Positions 39,755-47,483 of a DNA stretch of 55,367 nt are shown here, piece after piece; the first letter of the stretch is position 1; the number at the start of each line of letters is the position of its first letter. Both the position numbers and the translations under genes were made by a program. Source of the DNA: Candidatus Limnocylindria bacterium (lineage in GTDB: Bacteria; Chloroflexota; Limnocylindria; QHBO01). The stretch lies in contig JBBSLF010000003.1 in the NCBI GenBank assembly GCA_038255505.1, forward strand, positions 1-55,367. The letters are read 5' to 3'. Below the pieces are notes generated by a model, which was given only the letters and a program-made list of their open reading frames with translations, searched no databases and was not told the origin of the DNA.

Positions 39755-40690
39755 CTACCCACGCAGGGTGGCCAGGCGGTCCGCGGCGATGTACACCACG
39801 TCATCCAGCCCGCGGCGCAGCTCACCGCTGCGATCATCGCGCAGCGACCGTTCGAGGATCGGCACGATCGCCGAGCGAGGCCGGCCGGCGACGAAGATCA
39901 CGAAGCGAAAGCCGAAGATGCGCTCGTAGGCATCATTGAGTGTCTCGAGCTCCTCGCCGATCCACGGCTCCTCCAGCAACGCCCCTTCGTCGCCGTAACC
40001 CTGTTCGGTGCGCGACATGGTGCTGACCGCAGATGCGTCCGCGCCGATCCGCGGATGAGCCGCAAGGAGCTCGATCTGCTCATCCTCGGGCATCGTGCGG
40101 GCCAGGTCATGCGCAGCGGCCTTCAATCCGACATCGTCGCCAAAGGGCCGCTGCGCGACGAGGCGGGCAAGGAATCGAGGTGCGTGCTCGAAGAGGGGAG
40201 CGAGGGCGTGCACCGCGACCTCCGGCGGCAGCGCATCGACGTCCGCGATGCGCGGAAAGCGCACGAAACGCAGCACGTCGGACTCGGTGATGTCCATCTC
40301 GAGCTCAACGTGATCTGCGTGGACGGTAGCCACGGTCATCCCGCGGCGCAGGAACCAGTGAATGGCGTGCAGATTGTCGTTGGCGGTGATCAGCCACAGC
40401 CGATTCGCCGCTGACGCGGAGGCGACGCGCATGGCGGTCTCCAACAGACGCGTGCCCGCGCCCAGGTTCGGCGTCTCGCTGTGCAGCGTCAGCACCTCGA
40501 GCCCTCGGTCTGATTCGTCCACGGTCAGCAGCCCGACCGATCGCCCGTCAATCTCGGCCACGATGCCCTCCCGGGTCAGCGGGTCAATGACCTCGCCGAG
40601 CCGCGTGACAAGGTGGCTGCCACCTGAGTGACTGGCGATGAGCGCGCGCGCCCAGTCATGGTCGGCAATCTCGAAGTCGCGGACCTCCAT
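39755..40690 (-). CDS. uraD: GNAT acetyltransferase-like domain fused to OHCU decarboxylase
   Basis: N-terminal GAGTRLL..LWLITANDNL; C-terminal LFEHAP, AHPRIG, SRTEQ, LNDAYERIFGFRFVIFVAG. Confidence 0.88.
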   Translation of the reverse strand: MEVRDFEIADHDWARALIASHSGGSHLVTRLGEVIDPLTREGIVAEIDGRSVGLLTVDESDRGLEVLTLHSETPNLGAGTRLLETAMRVASASAANRLWLITANDNLHAIHWFLRRGMTVATVHADHVELEMDITESDVLRFVRFPRIADVDALPPEVAVHALAPLFEHAPRFLARLVAQRPFGDDVGLKAAAHDLARTMPEDEQIELLAAHPRIGADASAVSTMSRTEQGYGDEGALLEEPWIGEELETLNDAYERIFGFRFVIFVAGRPRSAIVPILERSLRDDRSGELRRGLDDVVYIAADRLATLRG

Positions 40691-40699
40691 TGCGATGGG

Positions 40700-41047
40700 T
40701 CAGCTGCCGCGGTACGTGCTCATCCCGAACGGGCTGAGCAGGAGCGGCACGTGATAGGAGCGCGTCGCATCGGTGATGCGCAGGGCGAGTGCGGCGCTCT
40801 GGAAAAAGGCGTCGGGGTCATCGTCATAGCCGCCGATGTCGAAAGCGATCTGATAATCGGCCTCGAGCAGCTCGGCTCCGGCGAGCAGATCGCGAATGCG
40901 TCCCTCTCGATCAGTGGCGAGCTCGCTCATGAGCACCGGGCTGCCCTCATCGGTCAGCCGGAAGAGCGCGACCTCGACGCCGGGCGCGGGATTGCCGGTG
41001 ACGAGATCCAGGACGTGGGTGCTAATGGTCGGGCGAGCGGCTGCCAT
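40700..41047 (-). CDS. uraH: 5-hydroxyisourate hydrolase
   Basis: ISTHVLD, TDREGR, YHVPLLLSPFG and C-terminal YRGS. Confidence 0.95.
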   Translation of the reverse strand: MAAARPTISTHVLDLVTGNPAPGVEVALFRLTDEGSPVLMSELATDREGRIRDLLAGAELLEADYQIAFDIGGYDDDPDAFFQSAALALRITDATRSYHVPLLLSPFGMSTYRGS

Positions 41048-41117
41048 GGGTTTTCTCCGTGGTGAACTTCGTCATCATGCCGGATCGCGTAACCGCAAGC
41101 GGAGTAATCTGGAGCCC

Positions 41118-41543
41118 ATGGCTGACCTTACGATTCGTGTGGGTGATCTCACCTTCACTGCCGATTGGGTGCCCGACGCACCCCGCACGCGCCGGGCGCT
41201 CGAGCCGTGGCTACCGATTCGTTCCCGCCTCATCCACTGCAAGTGGAGCGGGGAGTCGACCTGGATCCCGTTCGGCGAGGAGCGCCCCGACGTGGGGTTC
41301 GAGAACCACACCTCGCATCCGGCGCCGGGCGACCTGCTGATCTACACCGGCGACTTCAGCGAGTGCGAGATCCTCTTCCCGTACGGCGCGGCGAGTTTCA
41401 ACTCGCGCGTCGGCCAGTTGGCCGGAAATCACTTCGCGACGCTGACATCCGGCCAGGAGCGGCTTGCCGAGATGGGACACCGCGTGCTCTGGGAAGGGGC
41501 GCAGCAGATCGAGATCACCGAGGGCGACCCGAGCTCATCGTGA
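41118..41543 (+). CDS. DUF3830 family protein (cyclophilin-like fold)
   Basis: APRT..LP..IHCKWSGE..ENHTSHPAPG..SECEILFPYG..GQLAGNHF; TAATCT 7 nt upstream. Confidence 0.85.
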   Translation: MADLTIRVGDLTFTADWVPDAPRTRRALEPWLPIRSRLIHCKWSGESTWIPFGEERPDVGFENHTSHPAPGDLLIYTGDFSECEILFPYGAASFNSRVGQLAGNHFATLTSGQERLAEMGHRVLWEGAQQIEITEGDPSSS

Positions 41544-42895
41544 CCCGGCGCATCATTGCCGGCGGCACCGTGGTCACACCGGACGCGGCAATGCTGTCGG
41601 ATGTGACCATCGAGGGCGGCAGGATTGCTGCGGTCACGCCGGGGGCCACGCGGCATGGCGCGGACGTCATTGACGCTAGCGGCCTGCTGGTCCTCCCCGG
41701 CGTCATCGACGTGCACACACATCTACGTCTCGAGGATGACGAGCATCCGAAACGATTCCACCAGGACACCCTCGCCGCGGCGCGTGGCGGGACGACCACG
41801 GTCCTCACCTTCAACAACCCCGGGACCGGCATCAGCGATGACGGATCACGCTCGCTTCTGCGCGGCCTGAAGGAATTTCGCGCCCGTACCGAAGGCCGGT
41901 CCGCCATCGACTACGGCCTGTGCGCGGTCCTCAGTGGCGATCAGGACGATCCACTCGCCGAGCTTCCGGCACTCATCGCTGCGGGCGTTCCCACGTTCAA
42001 GGCATTCATGGTCTACGACTTCCGTCTCGGTGACGAACAGCTGGAGGCGGCCATGCGTGTCGCGTCCCAGCACGGTGGGATGCTCCAGGTCCACTGCGAG
42101 GACCCGCAGATCATCGAGCCCCTCGTCGCCGAGGCGCTTGCCGCGGGCCAACACGCCTCCCGCCATCACGCGTCCACGAGGCCCCCGCGCGCGGAAGCCG
42201 CCGCCACGCGAAAGGCCATCGAGATGGCGCGTCGCGTGAATGCGCCCCTGTACATCGTCCACCTCAGCTGCGAGGAAGCGCTCGATGCCGTGGCCGAGGC
42301 GAAGTCACGAGGCGAGCCGGTTTACGCGGAGACCTGTCCGCACTACCTGACCCTGACCGAAGCGCTCTACGCCGATCCCGACGAGAGCGAGGTCATCAAG
42401 CGCGTCATCTCACCGCCTCTGCGCTCGCCATCCGATGTCGAGGCATTGTGGGGCGGCCTGCGCGATGGCATCCTCGACGTCGTCGGAAGCGACCACGTCC
42501 CGGATCGGATCGACGCCGAGAAATCGCTTCCAGCGCCGCACTTTTCGCAGATCAGCAACGGCGCGCCCGGGATCGAGACGCTCCTCAGCATCCTCTATTC
42601 GGTCGGCGTCGCCAGTCGCCGCATCGGCATCAGGCGGCTGGTGGAGGTGCTGGCGGCGAATCCCGCTCGGCTGTTCGGCCTTGCGGACAAGGGGCTGATC
42701 GAAGCCGGGAAGGACGCTGACCTGGTGCTCTGGGATCCGGATGCACGCCGGACGCTCACCCAGGCCATGCTTCACCACACCAGCGACTTCACGCCATACG
42801 AAGGTTTCGAGGTTCGTGGCGAGGCAATACGGGTCCTCGTGCGCGGACGCGAAGTCGGCGACGCATCGGGCCGGTTCCTGGAGCGCCGGCTCTGA
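41540..42895 (+). CDS. Cyclic amidohydrolase (dihydropyrimidinase/hydantoinase-type; candidate allantoinase)
   Basis: PGVIDVHTH, GGTTT, FKAFMVY, VHCED, IVHLS, ETCPHYL, SPPLR, GSDH; GTGA overlap with the DUF3830 gene. Confidence 0.88.
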   Translation: MTRRIIAGGTVVTPDAAMLSDVTIEGGRIAAVTPGATRHGADVIDASGLLVLPGVIDVHTHLRLEDDEHPKRFHQDTLAAARGGTTTVLTFNNPGTGISDDGSRSLLRGLKEFRARTEGRSAIDYGLCAVLSGDQDDPLAELPALIAAGVPTFKAFMVYDFRLGDEQLEAAMRVASQHGGMLQVHCEDPQIIEPLVAEALAAGQHASRHHASTRPPRAEAAATRKAIEMARRVNAPLYIVHLSCEEALDAVAEAKSRGEPVYAETCPHYLTLTEALYADPDESEVIKRVISPPLRSPSDVEALWGGLRDGILDVVGSDHVPDRIDAEKSLPAPHFSQISNGAPGIETLLSILYSVGVASRRIGIRRLVEVLAANPARLFGLADKGLIEAGKDADLVLWDPDARRTLTQAMLHHTSDFTPYEGFEVRGEAIRVLVRGREVGDASGRFLERRL

Positions 42896-42904
42896 TCCGC
42901 GAGG

Positions 42905-43363
42905 ATGGTACCCTTAGGGACCTTGATCAGAGCCAACACACGACTCACCCGACGCAGCTCCGCCGACCTGCGCGCCATCGCTCGAGCCACCAAGCGCATC
43001 GAGGAGTTGAGCGTCATCCTGGATCGGCAGATCAAGTCCGATGCGCGTCCGGAGGAACAGCTGCGCCACCTGCGGCAGGCCACCGGCCAGATCACGCGAA
43101 CGGCAAACGACGCCATCCAAGCGTACCGACGCGTGGCTCACGCGCTGCGCACTGAAGCCGACCATGCCGACGTGGATCGTGACGAAGTGGAGCGGGCCAC
43201 GCGCAACCTCTCAGAGGCACGGGCGAAAATGCTGAACGCACTCGAGGTGGCCAGCCAGCGGTATCCGTGGGCCGAACCTTGGAGGCCATCGCCAGCCGAG
43301 GGCACCCCCGAGCAAGTGGCTAGCGCCGGATCGGGACCCGGAAGATCGAATCGCGCTGAATAG
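42905..43363 (+). CDS. Hypothetical alpha-helical protein
   Basis: Coiled-coil-like composition and followed by a strong hairpin; alternative start TTG 42923 (TACCCT 8 nt upstream). Confidence 0.6.
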   Translation: MVPLGTLIRANTRLTRRSSADLRAIARATKRIEELSVILDRQIKSDARPEEQLRHLRQATGQITRTANDAIQAYRRVAHALRTEADHADVDRDEVERATRNLSEARAKMLNALEVASQRYPWAEPWRPSPAEGTPEQVASAGSGPGRSNRAE

Positions 43364-43400
43364 CGAAACGACCCGGGGCCGAAGCCACCGGGTCGTTTCG
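43364..43400. terminator. Bidirectional intrinsic terminator
   Basis: 13-bp perfect stem CGAAACGACCCGG/CCGGGTCGTTTCG between convergent genes. Confidence 0.8.
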
Positions 43401-43419
43401 GTGTTGGTGAATGCTTCGC

Positions 43420-43758
43420 CTAGCGGCGGAAGCAGTCGCTGCAGTAGACCGGCTTGGTGCCAGTGGGGCGGAACGGAACGCGGGCTTCCTTGCCGCAGCC
43501 GTCGCAGGTGGCGCTGAACATCTCGCGCGGGCGATCGCTGTAGCCGCCACCGCCACCACCGTATCCGCCACCACCGCCGTTACCGCCGTAGCCACCCGAG
43601 CTCTCGCCACGGGCAGCCTTCTTGGCTGCGCGGCAGGCGGGGCATCGGCGCGGCTCGCTGAACTGACGGTCCGCGTAGAACTGCTGGTCGCTCGCGGTGA
43701 ACGAGAACTCCGTGTTGCAGTCAACGCACGTCAGCGTCTTGTCTGTGTAGGTGAACAA
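43420..43758 (-). CDS. Zinc-ribbon protein with Gly-rich linker and CxxC-x17-CxxC domain
   Basis: DKTLTCVDC..F.FT..QQFY..PRRCPAC, GGYGG repeats, CDGCG..VPFRP..PVYCSDCF; TTG start with AGAGGAG SD. Confidence 0.92.
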   Translation of the reverse strand: MFTYTDKTLTCVDCNTEFSFTASDQQFYADRQFSEPRRCPACRAAKKAARGESSGGYGGNGGGGGYGGGGGGYSDRPREMFSATCDGCGKEARVPFRPTGTKPVYCSDCFRR

Positions 43759-43874
43759 AGAAAGAAACTCCTCTTGGTGCGGCCTCAGCGAGCCATCTCG
43801 CCGTAAAGCCGTGAGAGGAGCGTTCGTGGTGCCGCGCAGTAATGATGCCCCTCAGTGGGGCGTTGCTACCGAGC

Positions 43875-43904
43875 AGGATACCACGGAGTGCGTGTGTAAC
43901 TCAA
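43875..43904 (-). promoter_or_regulatory. Sigma70-type promoter of the zinc-ribbon gene
   Basis: TTGAGT-N18-TATCCT with a TGn extension. Confidence 0.65.
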
Positions 43905-43959
43905 GAGCAATTTTGCGAAGGACGCTCGACGGCCTTGATCGGCCCGGTACACTGCGCGC

Positions 43960-44382
43960 ATGTCACGTGATGAGAAGCTCGACCATCTGCGCAAAGTACC
44001 CCTGTTCGCGCACATGGGACCGCATGAGCTGGAGCGACTGGGACAGCTGGCCGATGAGGTCGAGGTCGGACTTGGTGAGGTCCTCGCCCAACAGGGACGC
44101 GTCGGACACGAGTTCTTCATCGTCCTCGACGGACGGGTCCGAGTGCTCGACGGCAAGCGGGAAATCACCCAACTTGGCCGTGGTGACTTCTTCGGCGAGA
44201 TCGCCCTGCTCGATGGGCGGCCCCGCACGGCCACCGTCGTTGCCGATGGGATCACCCGATTGCTCGTCGTCGGGCATCGCGAGTTCCATGCGTTGATGGA
44301 CGAGTTCCCTGACGTTCGCGTTGCGGTCCTCGGCGCGGTTGCCGAGCGTCTCCGACGCTTCGAGGCGGACGCCCCGGAGTGA
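43960..44382 (+). CDS. Stand-alone cyclic nucleotide-binding domain protein
   Basis: LRKVPLF, QQG, FFIVLDG, GDFFGEIALL..PRTATV. Confidence 0.93.
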   Translation: MSRDEKLDHLRKVPLFAHMGPHELERLGQLADEVEVGLGEVLAQQGRVGHEFFIVLDGRVRVLDGKREITQLGRGDFFGEIALLDGRPRTATVVADGITRLLVVGHREFHALMDEFPDVRVAVLGAVAERLRRFEADAPE

Positions 44383-44924
44383 CCGATGCGCCGCGCGAGA
44401 CGCTGGCGCTCGCACCAATCGCCGATGATCCGGAAGTGGGCCGCTGGCTGGCGGCGCTGGAGGACGGCCGGCGCGACACGTTGCGCGCGCTCGAGCGCGT
44501 ATCGCCCGAGATGGTCGACTGGTATCCCGATGCGCCGCTCAACAGCATTGGCTCACTTCTCTATCACATTGCCCTGATCGAGGCCGATTGGGTCGCCGTC
44601 GACCTCCTGGGCCTGGACGAGCCGGACGAGCTCGTCGGGCTCCTGCCCTGGCCCGATCGGGAACCGGGGAGTGGCACTGGCAACGAACGCCACCTCTCGC
44701 GGATCGACGGACAGTCCATGGAGGAGCATCTGGAAAGGCTCGCCGGGGTGCGCACATTCGCCCTCGAAAGCCTGACGCCAATGACGAACGAGGAATTCCA
44801 CCGCATTCGCGGCCTGGAGCACTACGATGTTGCACCGGACTGGGTGCTTCACCACCTTCTTCAGCACGAGGCCGAGCACCGTTCCCACATCGCGTGGCTC
44901 AGGGACACGTTCCCCGCAACGTGA
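44379..44924 (+). CDS. DinB/YfiT family protein
   Basis: SIGSLLYHIALIE..WVLHHLLQHEAEH; GTGA overlap with the upstream gene. Confidence 0.88.
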   Translation: MTDAPRETLALAPIADDPEVGRWLAALEDGRRDTLRALERVSPEMVDWYPDAPLNSIGSLLYHIALIEADWVAVDLLGLDEPDELVGLLPWPDREPGSGTGNERHLSRIDGQSMEEHLERLAGVRTFALESLTPMTNEEFHRIRGLEHYDVAPDWVLHHLLQHEAEHRSHIAWLRDTFPAT

Positions 44925-46285
44925 GGCAAGGCTTCCGCTTCGTCCGCGCCTTCGTGCAACGCTACCTGCCGCAAGGGGCGGCGCTCCTTTCGGCACTGAT
45001 CTTCGCCAGTTACGTCATGGGGCTGGCGCGCGATCGCATCTTCGCCCGGACGTTTGGCGCCGCCACCGAGCTCGATGCGTACAACGCTGCCTTCGTCCTG
45101 CCCGAGCTGCTGCTCGATGTCCTGGTCGAGGCCGGGCTGGCGGCACCGTTCATCCCAATCTTCCTGCGCCTGCGGGCCGGCACGACGGACCACGAGCCCG
45201 CGGACCGGTTCGCGCGCACCATCCTCACCGGAGCCGCCGGTGTCATGGGGATCGCGGCAGCTCTCATGCTCGTCTTCGCGGAGGCGACGACGTCGTTCAT
45301 TGCTCCCGGCTTCGAGGGTGCACAGCGCGAGCTGTACGTCTCGCTCTTCCGGGTGATGCTCATCACGCCAATCCTCTTTGCCGCCTCACTCACGCTGGGC
45401 CAGGTGCTCCTCGCCGAACAGCGCTTCTTCTGGTATGGGATCGCCCCGTTGCTCTACAACGGCGGAATCATCATCGGCACGATTGCCTTCGGCGATGCGC
45501 TCGGCATCTATGGCCCGGCCATCGGCGCCGTGATCGGGGCGACCATCCACCTCGGCAGCCGGTTCATCGGCCTGCGGAGGAGCGTATTCCGCATCGGCTT
45601 CGCATGGCAGGTCCGAACGCCCGACATGCGCGAGTTTCTCCGGTTGATGCTACCGAAGATGGTCAGCCATCCAGTTGAGCCGATGACGTTCCTGTTCTTC
45701 ACTTCGGTCGCGACCACCCTGGCAGCCGGCAGCGTGACCGCGGTCAGTTTCGCCCGCAATTTCCAGAGCGTGCCGGTCAGCCTGGTCGGCGTGGCCTTCG
45801 CGCTCGCCATCTTTCCCGCACTCTCCACGGCGCACGCTGTCGGCGATCGCCGGGCGTTCCTGCGGCTGCTGTGGACGAACCTCGCCAGCATCACGATCAT
45901 CACGCTGGTCGCAGCCGTCAGCCTCGTGGTGGTCGGTGAGCTGGCGATCCGCGTCCTGCTGGGCGGGGGCGCGTTCGACGCCGAAGACATCGCGATGACC
46001 GGCGCGACGCTGGCTGCATTCGCGCTGTCTGTCCCGTTCGAGAGCATCTCGCACCTGCTGTCGCGCGCCATCTACGCCACGCGCCACACCGTGCTCCAGG
46101 TGCTCGCCTCGCTGGCCGGCCTCGGGATCACCGTCATCACCACGCTGACGCTCTTACCGGGGACGGGGATTCTGGCGATTCCGCTTGGCTTCGCCATTGG
46201 CCAGGCTGCCAAGACCATGCTGCTGGGGCTGGCACTCGCGGTGCGGCTCAGAACGCTGCCTCAGATAACCGCGGAGCCGCATTGA
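44921..46285 (+). CDS. murJ: Lipid II flippase MurJ (MviN) family
   Basis: GLARDRIFARTFGA..DAYNAAF.LP, FIPIF, APLLYN, PVSLVG..FPALS; GTGA overlap. Confidence 0.88.
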   Translation: MRQGFRFVRAFVQRYLPQGAALLSALIFASYVMGLARDRIFARTFGAATELDAYNAAFVLPELLLDVLVEAGLAAPFIPIFLRLRAGTTDHEPADRFARTILTGAAGVMGIAAALMLVFAEATTSFIAPGFEGAQRELYVSLFRVMLITPILFAASLTLGQVLLAEQRFFWYGIAPLLYNGGIIIGTIAFGDALGIYGPAIGAVIGATIHLGSRFIGLRRSVFRIGFAWQVRTPDMREFLRLMLPKMVSHPVEPMTFLFFTSVATTLAAGSVTAVSFARNFQSVPVSLVGVAFALAIFPALSTAHAVGDRRAFLRLLWTNLASITIITLVAAVSLVVVGELAIRVLLGGGAFDAEDIAMTGATLAAFALSVPFESISHLLSRAIYATRHTVLQVLASLAGLGITVITTLTLLPGTGILAIPLGFAIGQAAKTMLLGLALAVRLRTLPQITAEPH

Positions 46286-46490
46286 CCGATCACGTTGATG
46301 CTTCTATGCCGCGCATGCGGACATTAGCCGGAAGAAATGTCATCGCGACACACCGGCCACGCTTGAAGGCCGCCCATCCAGCGTGCTGAGCCGGCTAGTG
46401 CTCAGTGGGACGGCAAATGGCCCAACGGAACGACGCGTTCGTGCAAATGCACGCCATCCGGGCGTATGACCGAACCAAGAGCCCGAGACT

Positions 46491-47432
46491 TCAGGTGTCG
46501 CGCGGCGTGGTCGGCATGAGGACGACGAACTTGCCATCACGCTCGGGGTAGGCGCCCTCGGGCCGTGACCAGCCGGGCCCGATCTGCTCGTAGCCGGGCG
46601 GCCCCTGATACACCGGCCAGTTTCGCTCAAGCTCGCCGAGGTCCTCGAAGTTGCCCGGGCCATCCGACGGGCCCCAGATGGATGAGACGCGCGGATACCA
46701 CGGATCCAGGATGTATGCCCCATTGATCGTGGCGTCCGCAAACAGGGTGGGGTCCGCATCGGCCCGGTAGCCGGTCATGACCCAGGAGTGCGCGCCCCAC
46801 CAGGGGAACATCACGACCGGCTTGTTGAGCTCGGTGATGGCGATGGCGGAGTCGCGAAGCGCATCGGCGTATGAGTCGTATGCCCGCACCTCGTAGTCGG
46901 GGGCGCCATAGTCGGCCAGCGCCAGCCCGACTGCCGCCGGTCCCCAGTTGCCATTCTGGCTGTCGTCGAACGCCTCCCATTCTCCGATGCGGTCCTTGAT
47001 CTCCTGTTGGAACGCCTCGGATGTGTCTCCCAGGCCGAGAATGGCAAGCACCATCTGCGTTGCGGCGACCGCGCAGTCCTCGTCGGTCAGTTGCGAGGCG
47101 AAAACCGCCTCCTGATTCGGAACGAGAGCCACGTCCACCGGCTCCCGCACGATGGGAGTGGGAGAGGGACTCGCTGTGGCGGACGGCGCGAGCGTGTCCC
47201 GCGGCGTTGGCGCGACGGTCGGACTCGGCTCCGGCGTCACGACCACGGTCGGCAGCGTGGAACGTTGGGGTGGTGGATCGATGAAGGTCTCCACACGCGC
47301 CGCGACGCGTTCGAACCGCGCGCCCACACCGAGCAGGTTCGCCTCGACGACAGCAAAGCCGCTGGCGAAGAGCAGGACAAGCGTGAGGATGACGAACGGC
47401 CAACGACGGCTCGCGCGGGATGGCGGATTCAT
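46491..47432 (-). CDS. Membrane-anchored C39-like cysteine peptidase
   Basis: N-terminal TM, PT linker, SQ..DCAVAATQM, GAHSWVMTGY, YILDPW (Q/C/H/D set). Confidence 0.75.
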   Translation of the reverse strand: MNPPSRASRRWPFVILTLVLLFASGFAVVEANLLGVGARFERVAARVETFIDPPPQRSTLPTVVVTPEPSPTVAPTPRDTLAPSATASPSPTPIVREPVDVALVPNQEAVFASQLTDEDCAVAATQMVLAILGLGDTSEAFQQEIKDRIGEWEAFDDSQNGNWGPAAVGLALADYGAPDYEVRAYDSYADALRDSAIAITELNKPVVMFPWWGAHSWVMTGYRADADPTLFADATINGAYILDPWYPRVSSIWGPSDGPGNFEDLGELERNWPVYQGPPGYEQIGPGWSRPEGAYPERDGKFVVLMPTTPRDT

Positions 47433-47483
47433 GATGCTGTGGCTCAGGATGACAGCCGATGATTGCTCGGGCAACATGGACTG

